Shown piece after piece: positions 37,888 through 45,790 of a DNA stretch of 64,000 nt (positions are counted from its first letter, which is position 1; the number at the start of each line of letters is the position of its first letter). The notes under the pieces were generated by a model, which was given only the letters and a program-made list of their open reading frames with translations, ran no database searches and had not been told where the DNA came from. The DNA lies in the IMG/VR virus record IMGVR_UViG_3300045988_167206, positions 96,001 to 160,000 of that record, one strand, 5' to 3'. A program made the translations under genes and the position numbers. Source of the DNA: a virus.

Positions 37888-38784
37888 CTAAACAAATACT
37901 AATTCGTTAATATAATCTCTGCCTTTGCCTTTAAATACCGGAATATTATTATCAATGGTCCAATAGGATCGTTGTGTTTCACATCTAATTTCTCCAATTC
38001 TTTTGTTATCATCTTTAACAGGTTTCCATCCTTCATGATTTTCATAAGTTTTAATACAACAGAATCCGCGTTGTTTGCCAATTTTAAAATCATTATCAAA
38101 ATCAATATTTTTCTGCTCATGTAACATTTCTTTAATGGCAGCAGTACTTTTATTCTGTAATTCCTTTTGTGTAAAATTTGCCTGGCCAACCATCTGAATA
38201 GAATTACGAATACAATCTTGCTGCCGCCAGAAAAAATAATTTGCGATCTCATCTTTAGAGAGATTAAAACACCTTGAATCAAAACCTCTGTATTTAAATT
38301 CAAGCGCATTCCATAAACGTTGCATATATTCAATATCGGATTTTTCTTTATCTGTTAAATCTTTATAAGTTCCACCCATATCATAATCCGGAATGTTTCT
38401 ATATCCATATCTTTCAATATTTTCCTTAAACATTTCTTCAAAAAATGTTGTAGCAAGAGCAGCAGAAGTGCTGACTATTTTCTGAATTCTATTATCAAAC
38501 CAAGGCTGAGTATCAAAATTTTTATAATCAATAAGAAGTAATGAAATTTCATCAGACTGAGTATATGCAAGAACACAATTCTGCACATTCTGACACATAT
38601 ATAATGCAGTCTGTTGCATAGTATCAATTAAAATATCATCAAATGGTTTCCTGAATCCTCTTGTAAAACTATGGAAGCTGCGGCCATCAAGTCTAATAAT
38701 TACCGGTAATCTTCGGATTAACTTTTGATCCGTAATCTTTTCGTAGTCTTTCATTCTAATATCTAAATCTGTATATGCTGGCAT
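37888..38784 (-). CDS. Thg1-like protein (tRNA-His guanylyltransferase family 3'-5' nucleotidyltransferase)
   Basis: VIIRLDGRSFHSF, AYTQSDEISLLL, GFDSRCF and YFFWRQQDCIRNS match the Thg1/TLP catalytic core blocks. Confidence 0.85.
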   Translation of the reverse strand: MPAYTDLDIRMKDYEKITDQKLIRRLPVIIRLDGRSFHSFTRGFRKPFDDILIDTMQQTALYMCQNVQNCVLAYTQSDEISLLLIDYKNFDTQPWFDNRIQKIVSTSAALATTFFEEMFKENIERYGYRNIPDYDMGGTYKDLTDKEKSDIEYMQRLWNALEFKYRGFDSRCFNLSKDEIANYFFWRQQDCIRNSIQMVGQANFTQKELQNKSTAAIKEMLHEQKNIDFDNDFKIGKQRGFCCIKTYENHEGWKPVKDDNKRIGEIRCETQRSYWTIDNNIPVFKGKGRDYINELVFV

Positions 38785-38815
38785 TGATTAATTCTCCTTA
38801 AATATTTTGTAAATT

Positions 38816-39121
38816 TCATTTTTTCTGAAATTCTTTAACAGAAAGAGTATGTTCGTGAGTAATCTCAATCCAATTATAATTATTCAGCGTTTTTTTAGAT
38901 GCTTCTAGGTATTTATCATAAATTTCTTTTACACATTCTTTGCTGCAACAATCATATGTTTTTGAATCACCCCAGTTATCATGTTTATCAACGTCTTGTA
39001 TTGTTACTAACCAATAATGCTGCGGAACCTTCATTTTCTTGTTACATACATCGCAGAAATAATTATGTTCAACAACTACTTCTTGCGTTACCTGATGTTT
39101 TTCTGTTTTATTTTCAATCAT
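38816..39121 (-). CDS. Zn-binding hypothetical protein
   Basis: Start moved to MIENKTEK behind GAGGAG. Cys motifs CDVCNKK...CCSKEC. Confidence 0.55.
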   Translation of the reverse strand: MIENKTEKHQVTQEVVVEHNYFCDVCNKKMKVPQHYWLVTIQDVDKHDNWGDSKTYDCCSKECVKEIYDKYLEASKKTLNNYNWIEITHEHTLSVKEFQKK

Positions 39122-39131
39122 ATATACTCCT

Positions 39132-39680
39132 CTAAACAATTACTGTTAATCCATTTTTAATTCCTTCTTTTGGATCATCCCATTCTTCATATGAAACGAT
39201 TTCCTGGCTTGGACTATAGTTATCTCCATCAAGAGATATTATTTTGCCGACCTCAGTTTTAAATGCTCCGGCAAATATACTGTCTGTTTCATATATAGGA
39301 GGAATAGTAATCCTATATTCAACATAGTCATAATCTTTATTTTTTATTAAATCTCCAATAGTAAGACGAGCACCTTCATTCTCAATCATTGGAATTTCTT
39401 TAATTCCTAGGACGATTTTTCTGTATTCTTCCGATGTTATTTTTCCAAGCTTCATATTAATGAGATCGCCAATATGTTTACCTTTAATATCTACATCATA
39501 TTGAATATCGTTGCATAACTTCCGGATTTCATATACGGCTTTTTTAGAGTCAAGATGCATTTTACTTTCGCGAACGCATATCTCCCCAACTTCGTTATAA
39601 AAGCTCTTAAATCGATCAATTATATAAATAAGCTGCTCTTTACTGAGGTTTTCTAAATTTTCTTTAATATCACTTCTCAT
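39132..39680 (-). CDS. hypothetical protein (182 aa)
   Basis: ORF coupled to its neighbours. Confidence 0.6.
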   Translation of the reverse strand: MRSDIKENLENLSKEQLIYIIDRFKSFYNEVGEICVRESKMHLDSKKAVYEIRKLCNDIQYDVDIKGKHIGDLINMKLGKITSEEYRKIVLGIKEIPMIENEGARLTIGDLIKNKDYDYVEYRITIPPIYETDSIFAGAFKTEVGKIISLDGDNYSPSQEIVSYEEWDDPKEGIKNGLTVIV

Positions 39681-39967
39681 AGCTCATCCATCCAATCCTT
39701 CAAATCGTAAATATCAAATTCCGTAATCTTTTCAAGATCCGGATGATAGAAGAAGAGAGAACTATCATTAGTCCCAGCTGCAAATGTTTGCTCTAGGAAT
39801 GATAAGACAGTTCTAACACCAAGAGAGTAAGCTTCGCTCTCAGTTCCGGTCATTTCTTCGGTTATATCTCTGTATTTTTTATCAAGTGCATCCTTAAACG
39901 TTTTTGTGTTGAAGCCCCAGAAGGAAATATCCTCCAGGGCTTTCATATCATAATTTACATGTGACAT
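39677..39967 (-). CDS. hypothetical protein (96 aa)
   Basis: ORF with AAGGAG SD, 25 nt downstream of a GTAAAATTTAA motif. Confidence 0.6.
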   Translation of the reverse strand: MSHVNYDMKALEDISFWGFNTKTFKDALDKKYRDITEEMTGTESEAYSLGVRTVLSFLEQTFAAGTNDSSLFFYHPDLEKITEFDIYDLKDWMDEL

Positions 39968-39990
39968 TTTTAATTCTCCTTAATATATCA

Positions 39991-40003
39991 TTAAATTTTA
40001 CAT
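39991..40003 (-). promoter_or_regulatory. GTAAAATTTAA motif copy (candidate phage promoter or operator)
   Basis: Minus strand ATGTAAAATTTAA, about 25 nt upstream of the start at 39967. Confidence 0.5.
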
Positions 40004-40010
40004 TAATTGA

Positions 40011-41024
40011 TTAAAGTCTTGCGTCATACATCTGCTGTACAAGCATTTCTACGTCTGATTTAAACAGTTTTACAGCTAATTCGTATAATTCGTTAAGCAT
40101 TCCAAGCTGCTCATCAATAAACTGAAGCCGGCTCTTACATTTAGGAGAATGTGTATCATTATATTTATTCATTCTGTATTTTGTGTTCATGTGATAAATG
40201 TCATCAAATTCTCTATACAGAATCATGTATCTGGATCCGAAATTATCTCCAGGAGCACGAAGAACTCTGTTTAAGATAGCTCTTTTCCCTGCAAGTGGAA
40301 CATCCTTAACAAGGTTTGTAACAACACCTACATAGCCTTCGATCTGCTGATCTTTGAATTCTAACTGTTCATGCTGTTTGGAGAGTTCTCGTTTCTGAGC
40401 AAGAATACGATTATCTTTTTCATTCAGATCTTTCTGCTGAGATTCAAGCTGAAGTTTCTGGTCCTTGATAATCTTGTTCTACTGCGCCATAGCCTGCATA
40501 TTTAATCTGAAGAAATTTTTTACATTTTCGTCAGCAAACGGCAGGTACGTTTCTACAAAGAGATCTTCCTGTCCAGGATTAATATAACCCCCGGTCTTGC
40601 GAATAGTAGGAAGAACTTCTGCTGTAACCCAGTGCTTAAACTCTTTGGCTTTTTCGAGCTTGCTGCCGAGGATGAGAGAGTAGAGACCGGATTCGTTGAT
40701 CCAAACTGGATACTGAGTTCGTCCTAAACTATCTGTGATGGATGGGGTAACGTTTTGGACCCCCATCTTATCTTCTTCTGATACATGATTACGAATTGCT
40801 TTACTTGTATTAAAATATCCCAACGCTTCAGCTACATCCTTGCCTACAAACCACGGTTCTCCCTCGATCGTAAGAGTACGAAGATTACCGAACTCTGGAT
40901 GAAGAGAAGAGTTAAAGATCTGGATCTGCGGTGGAGTAGTGGATTTGGTAGTGGAGGATGAGAATCCTTCTGTTACCTGCTCTGGTGTAATAGTTGCTGC
41001 GATTTTACTTGCGTTGCTTGTCAT
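40011..41024 (-). CDS. Bro-N domain antirepressor-like protein interrupted by one in-frame TAG (40479-40481)
   Basis: The N-terminal EFGNLRTLTIEGEPWFVGKDVAEALGY..SKAIRNHV is a Bro-N domain. After the TAG, 84 codons stay open in the same frame with no start codon and encode a coiled coil (QKLQLESQQKDLNEKDNRILAQKRELSKQHEQLE). They run into the 71-aa ORF 40011-40226. Confidence 0.6.
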
Positions 41025-41069
41025 AATTATTGTCTCCTTTAAAATTAATTTGTTTTACACTGATGATAA

Positions 41070-41082
41070 TTAAATTTTACAT
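41070..41082 (-). promoter_or_regulatory. GTAAAATTTAA motif copy
   Basis: Minus strand ATGTAAAATTTAA, 46 nt upstream of the Bro-N gene start. Confidence 0.5.
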
Positions 41083-41180
41083 TATTAAATCTTAAAAATA
41101 AAAACATCAGTATTTATGAGGTTTTCAAGGTGCTGCACACGGAAGATTTGTACAAATGTAAAAACAATTGATATACTTTC

Positions 41181-41191
41181 AAATTTTACAT
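41181..41191 (-). promoter_or_regulatory. GTAAAATTT motif copy (variant)
   Basis: Minus strand ATGTAAAATTTG. Confidence 0.4.
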
Positions 41192-41227
41192 TATAACCGG
41201 TACACGATGAGTATATCACCAGCGAAA

Positions 41228-41241
41228 GGTAGTGTCAAGAG
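41228..41241 (+). repeat. 14-nt direct repeat GGTAGTGTCAAGAG, copy 1
   Basis: Identical copy at 41727-41740. Confidence 0.7.
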
Positions 41242-41257
41242 CTTTGAACGAAAATAA

Positions 41258-41270
41258 TGTAAAATTTAAA
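41258..41270 (+). promoter_or_regulatory. GTAAAATTTAA motif copy
   Basis: TGTAAAATTTAAA. Confidence 0.5.
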
Positions 41271-41413
41271 CAGATATTTTGAGCCATGTGAATGATGAGA
41301 GGGGAGGGAAAGGTAGGTGATGTTGCATTAAATAGGAAGAAACTCGTTATATTTGGTGCGAGATATAGAGATTTTGCGATCAGAAGTGCGATAGGAGAGT
41401 TGGAGATAGTAAA

Positions 41414-41425
41414 TGTAAAATTTGA
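41414..41425 (+). promoter_or_regulatory. GTAAAATTT motif copy (variant)
   Basis: TGTAAAATTTGA, inside the C-poor tract. Confidence 0.4.
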
Positions 41426-41677
41426 TGAGAGTGTATGGGGATTGTGAGGATTGAGACAAGATTTTGAGTGAATGGGGATGTGATAGGCGGGATGTTAAAA
41501 TTGCAGTCAGTGTATGTGTGAACCGGCTTACCAAGAAACCATAAAAAAACATGCCTTTTTTGGTCAAAAGTACCCCCTACTTGCACCTAAATCTTCAAAA
41601 AGACAATTGACAATAGGGATTGTTTGTCCCGGAATCCCTTTATTTATGCGGGTTTCCGGGCTTTTTGGAAAAATAAT

Positions 41678-41690
41678 AGTAAAATTTAAA
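41678..41690 (+). promoter_or_regulatory. GTAAAATTTAA motif copy
   Basis: AGTAAAATTTAAA, 30 nt upstream of a TATAAT at 41720-41725. Confidence 0.5.
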
Positions 41691-41726
41691 AAATGCATGG
41701 TTTCTATATGTACGGCGTGTATAATG

Positions 41727-42397
41727 GGTAGTGTCAAGAGGATAAGCAATCCCTACTTGATAAATGTTCGTTATACTATCGGCGTGAGTGACCGCCGAAC
41801 CTTGTAACCTATAAACCAATGAGTTCTACTGTATAGGAACGTTTAATAGCTATACAGGCACTTCAACAGCAGGTGAGGAGCGGTAAACTTTAATACCGAT
41901 ATCAAATTGAACCCTAAATAGGAAGTTCTTTTAATTTAAGCGGGTACAATACTGGACGTGGGGCGGGAAAGACCATATTAAGTACTAGTAGTAACGACAG
42001 GTTGTACAGTAAAAATTCTCATATGAATACCGCTGAAAAAAGAGTATACTATAAATCTTTATCTTTGAAGAAATAGCTTGTTAATAGATGTGGGCGAACA
42101 AGCTGACAGCAAGCCCGAACACTCAGGGCGGTACATTGAGAGAGTACCAAAAAACTACAGTTCTTCTGGAAATGTCAACAAGTAGTAATCTGGTGATTCT
42201 ACTTTACGATAAGTACAGCGTGAAGTCTCTGATAGACTTCACAGGTGGTGCAAGTCTCTGATAGACAAGTACAGGAACAACAACACACTTTCTGTATCTA
42301 ATACCCATATGCGAAACGCGTGGCGAAAAATACAGTCTAACTATAAACAATGACGGGATAAGTCCGTCTAATTATAAGAAAGAAAGAGGTAGTTATC
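41727..42397 (+). ncRNA. candidate large structured ncRNA or very long 5' leader (about 670 nt)
   Basis: No credible ORF and higher GC than the flanks. Many 5-8-bp hairpins: CTGTATAG/CTATACAG, GTGAAGTC/GACTTCAC, CGGCG/CGCCG, CTTGTT/AACAAG, GGTAC/GTACC, GACGG/CCGTC. Internal 15-nt direct repeat AAGTCTCTGATAGAC at 42223 and 42252. It starts with the GGTAGTGTCAAGAG repeat, about 2 nt after a TATAAT. Confidence 0.35.
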
Positions 42398-43162
42398 ATG
42401 TTAAAAGCTGAGAATATCATTATTAGAACCATTAACCATAAGCCAGAGCAGTTTGACAAAATCTGTGATTTTGTACGCTTCCTTGCATGGGATGCAGAGT
42501 ACACTAACACAAAGAAGCAGTACTCAAAAATGACTGCTTTAATCACAGAACAGTTCCCGTTCGCTAATCTCAGTGAGATTGACGTAAAAGAATTGATTCT
42601 TGTTGACGGGTTGGAAGTCCAAAAGTTCATTGAAACACGCAAGCGTATGCGTGAACTTGATGAGATTCTGGACGAACTGGCTAAACAGGGATTTACAAAA
42701 ATCTCATATAACGCACTCAACAGCACAGACAAAGTGTTTTTGACTTTACAGGCTCATACAGCAGTAAAGGCTATTCAGATTGATGAGTCTGTACTCACAA
42801 AATCCAACGGGGAAAAACTGGACTTTGAACCACTTATCAATAAATGGATTGCAAACGGTCAGAAGTTCGCAGATATTCGAAAAGCACTGTCAGCCGTTTT
42901 TTCCAAAATGGTCAACAGTGAGGGTGACTTGTTCTATCCTATCAAAATCAAAAAAAGTGATTTGCCGGAATCAGACGTTCGCCATTTCCTTGGTGCATTC
43001 CTTGGAAAAACCGGACGTTCCGACAAGGGTAAAGGACGTTATCAGTATCTGACAGATATCTCTGATAAAAAAGTGCTGTCAGCAGTCACAGATCTTTATG
43101 CGGTCATTCTTGAAAGTGATTGTATTGAAGTGATTAAGTCAGAGCCACATAACGAAAAATAA
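42398..43162 (+). CDS. hypothetical protein (254 aa), first gene of the rightward operon
   Basis: ATG 4 nt after the conserved AAGAAAGAGGTAGT SD block. Confidence 0.7.
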   Translation: MLKAENIIIRTINHKPEQFDKICDFVRFLAWDAEYTNTKKQYSKMTALITEQFPFANLSEIDVKELILVDGLEVQKFIETRKRMRELDEILDELAKQGFTKISYNALNSTDKVFLTLQAHTAVKAIQIDESVLTKSNGEKLDFEPLINKWIANGQKFADIRKALSAVFSKMVNSEGDLFYPIKIKKSDLPESDVRHFLGAFLGKTGRSDKGKGRYQYLTDISDKKVLSAVTDLYAVILESDCIEVIKSEPHNEK

Positions 43163-43183
43163 CCATTCTTGACAATTAAACAT

Positions 43184-43211
43184 AAAAAAAGACCTTCGCG
43201 GGTCTTTTTTT
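43184..43211 (+). terminator. rho-independent terminator (A-tract/T-tract flanked)
   Basis: AAAAAAAGACC-TTCGCG-GGTCTTTTTTT. Confidence 0.75.
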
Positions 43212-43237
43212 ATTGTGAAAAAAATAAGGGGTAAAAT

Positions 43238-43972
43238 ATGAGCAAAAAAGGATTAAAACTGTATACAAAACAGTGTAAAGCATACAATACAATTTTTGAA
43301 GGCTTTAAAGTTCCCGTTGGTGCATTTTATGGACGTATTTTAGTACCATATACAGACGGTATTTATCGCAGTTCGGATTATGTTTTTTGGGTATGTGATG
43401 ACCCAAAAAGTATTAAAACAGGTATGCTTTCCATTCATATTATGAAACGCGAATGGGGTAATAATACTATTACTCGCGATATTCGCAAGACTACATGGCA
43501 CGATATTAAAGTAGGAAAAAATCATCCAATTTATCAAACTGTATTAACAGAATGCTATAAACTTGGTGGAATTCCTGTAGTTAAAACCTTTAAAAATCCG
43601 CAAATTTATGTTAATCGTGTATACACTGCACTAGCACATGAATATAGCTACCGTAAACATCCACAGCCACAGTCACGTTGTTATAAACAAGCACAAGTTG
43701 ACGGTAAAAATTGGGATATTTCTTGGGAAGAAAACATTCAACCAATGCAGGATATTGACGGTTATAATTACAATGGTATGCCTGTACAATATAATTCTGA
43801 TAACACCAAACAAGCTCCTTTTACCTCTTTTGAAGGATTTACCGACACGTATGAAGCTCATAGACATGATGGTATGAAGGTTAATCAGACTAAATGCAGA
43901 CCTGAAAAACAACGTAATAATAATGCCATTATATCTATAAAAATCAACGGTGTTAATATTAACGTTAAATAA
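43238..43972 (+). CDS. hypothetical protein (244 aa)
   Basis: ORF with AAGGGG SD. Confidence 0.65.
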   Translation: MSKKGLKLYTKQCKAYNTIFEGFKVPVGAFYGRILVPYTDGIYRSSDYVFWVCDDPKSIKTGMLSIHIMKREWGNNTITRDIRKTTWHDIKVGKNHPIYQTVLTECYKLGGIPVVKTFKNPQIYVNRVYTALAHEYSYRKHPQPQSRCYKQAQVDGKNWDISWEENIQPMQDIDGYNYNGMPVQYNSDNTKQAPFTSFEGFTDTYEAHRHDGMKVNQTKCRPEKQRNNNAIISIKINGVNINVK

Positions 43973-43973
43973 T

Positions 43974-44002
43974 TTGACATATATTCACTAACAGTATATT
44001 AT
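43974..44002 (+). promoter_or_regulatory. sigma-A/sigma-70-type promoter
   Basis: TTGACA, 17-nt spacer, TATTAT. Same architecture as the promoter at 30170. Confidence 0.65.
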
Positions 44003-44034
44003 GAGAGGAGGTGATATACTGGAGGTGAGAAAAT

Positions 44035-44328
44035 ATGATGATAGACAGTACAAAATTAATGTTTGGTGGATCTGATTGGTCTGTTAGAAGACGAGCAAGA
44101 TTACTCGACCAAATGGATCAATATATTAAAGCACATATTAATTCATACGATGATTCTTCAATCAGAGAGTGGCGTATATTTGGAATACTTGATAAATCTG
44201 ATGAAGAAGTTCTTGAAATGGCAGAAGATTATACACAGTTTATTAATGCCTTATTTGTATTTCAAGGCATCGTTGCTGGTGAGAGTATAGACGAAATTCT
44301 CACTGTCAAAATTGGTCGTTTTAACTAA
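44035..44328 (+). CDS. hypothetical protein (97 aa)
   Basis: ORF with GGAGGTG SD. Confidence 0.6.
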   Translation: MMIDSTKLMFGGSDWSVRRRARLLDQMDQYIKAHINSYDDSSIREWRIFGILDKSDEEVLEMAEDYTQFINALFVFQGIVAGESIDEILTVKIGRFN

Positions 44329-44350
44329 TAATCAACACCACACACATTAA

Positions 44351-44377
44351 GAAGCCCAACACCAGGGCTTCTTTTTG
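44351..44377 (+). terminator. rho-independent terminator
   Basis: GAAGCCC-AACACCA-GGGCTTC followed by TTTTTG. Confidence 0.75.
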
Positions 44378-44421
44378 TGTACAAAAAATATAGATAACAC
44401 CACAAACCACCACATATCACA

Positions 44422-44492
44422 GTCCTATTGATGTGAGGAACATTCGCCGGTTCCACCCCTTACCGGTTGCAAGGTCAAACCTTGATAGGACG
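44422..44492 (+). ncRNA. tRNA-like four-arm cloverleaf element (non-canonical loops)
   Basis: 7-bp closing stem GTCCTAT/ATAGGAC, then arms ATGT-GAGGA-ACAT, CCGGT-(10 nt)-ACCGG and CAAGG-TCAAA-CCTTG. 71 nt in total. It lacks the T-loop consensus and a 7-nt anticodon loop. Confidence 0.3.
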
Positions 44493-44524
44493 CTTGTAAT
44501 GAACATACACAAGGAGGAGTTACT

Positions 44525-44740
44525 ATGTTTAAAAATCAAAGTCTCAGACTTATTATGCAATTAGAAAGTCAGCTGTCCGCAATTGACATTCTAATCTCAG
44601 AAGCAGAGACTCGCTTCGATCTTGCAACTATTGAACATTATAATAAGGTTCGAAAAGTCCTTTCTCATAAACTCAATGTGATCTTGCAAGACCACAAGGA
44701 ATCATTAGAACATGATTATGAATTAGTATATTCCTGCTAG
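44525..44740 (+). CDS. hypothetical protein (71 aa)
   Basis: ORF with AAGGAGG SD. Confidence 0.6.
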   Translation: MFKNQSLRLIMQLESQLSAIDILISEAETRFDLATIEHYNKVRKVLSHKLNVILQDHKESLEHDYELVYSC

Positions 44741-44804
44741 TTCCCTTTAATTTTAATACATCATAGGTTACGTCTAATCCACAAAGGCGAGAAGGAGAAT
44801 AACC

Positions 44805-45218
44805 ATGACAACAACAATCACAATAAAAGACTACAATGATGCAGTCACCCTGCTTAATGCATTTTACGGAGAGGACGGATGGCTCATCTGCAACTATCTG
44901 GAAGATCCGGTTTTACAAGTTCGCACCCTCTGGGATAGCGACAACTGCAAGTCGAAAGCTATAAAGATTGCACTGGCAGTCATTCTTTCTACCGCTTGCG
45001 TAGAGGATGAAGAAATCCTGAACGACTGGGATGAATGGACGATGGCTGAATATCTGCATATAGATTATTGCCTGGATAATCCAGAAGATTACGAAAAATT
45101 ACTCAAAAAAGCAGAAGATATAGAATCTCAGTTAGATGATTGTGATTGGAATATTATTGAGTTTTTGAATAATCAGAAAGAGTGTCGTGTGTTCGACACA
45201 ACATGCTGGATAAGATAA
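44805..45218 (+). CDS. hypothetical acidic protein (137 aa)
   Basis: ORF with AAGGAG SD. Confidence 0.6.
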   Translation: MTTTITIKDYNDAVTLLNAFYGEDGWLICNYLEDPVLQVRTLWDSDNCKSKAIKIALAVILSTACVEDEEILNDWDEWTMAEYLHIDYCLDNPEDYEKLLKKAEDIESQLDDCDWNIIEFLNNQKECRVFDTTCWIR

Positions 45219-45241
45219 AAGGAAGAGAGGAGAATAACCAT

Positions 45242-45469
45242 ATGAATATGAATGCCATCCAGACAGAAGCAGCCATGCATGATTTACTTATTCGTGTCGG
45301 TAGAAATACCGATCCGAACTACATTTCAATCAAAAATCTCTTGATTTCATACATGTATAACACATGTATTTCAAAGAGCAAAATCTACGAGATCTTCGTA
45401 GAGTTCTGTAATACTGGAGTGTTACCGGCGATGAGTACCGTACCAGGATATTACAGATATAACAAATAA
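45242..45469 (+). CDS. hypothetical protein (75 aa)
   Basis: Start moved to MNMNAIQ behind GAGGAG. Confidence 0.55.
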   Translation: MNMNAIQTEAAMHDLLIRVGRNTDPNYISIKNLLISYMYNTCISKSKIYEIFVEFCNTGVLPAMSTVPGYYRYNK

Positions 45470-45526
45470 TAAAATGGTAATTTTAAACATACATGTATAA
45501 ATATATAGGAGAAAGAGGGTGTTAAT

Positions 45527-45601
45527 ATGGTTTTACTTATCGGATATACTCCTGTTGATGTAATTATTGCACCACTTATTATAGATATATTTAGAAAATA
45601 A
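45527..45601 (+). CDS. 24-aa hydrophobic mini-ORF MVLLIGYTPVDVIIAPLIIDIFRK
   Basis: AGGAGAAAGAGGG SD upstream; below the ORF-track cutoff. Confidence 0.35.
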   Translation: MVLLIGYTPVDVIIAPLIIDIFRK

Positions 45602-45790
45602 ACACAAAAATGTAATCCTGAATTATATCAATTCAAATTTCAAATTTGCTATAAAATCATATTACTTGCCGATTTGAAACTTGGGTTTTGAAATAGGATC
45701 GCATTTTTTGTACCGACCCACCCCAGTAGTGAAGCTACGAAAATAAATATACACCTGATATACAGGGAAATAAGAAGGAGAGAAAACATC

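Noticed and set aside
42211-42274. Possible mini-CRISPR or tandem repeat array (AAGTCTCTGATAGAC twice).
   Set aside because: There are only two copies with a 14-nt spacer, partly forming a hairpin. There are no cas genes and no further repeats. It is treated as an RNA structural feature.
41328-42732. Track ORFs 41328-41567 (-), 41380-41586 (-), 41514-41807 (+), 41564-41749 (-) and 42337-42732 (-).
   Set aside because: They lie in the C-poor repeat tract or the hairpin-rich region, or antisense to 42398-43162. They have no SD, and their peptides are low-complexity pyrimidine-codon artefacts.
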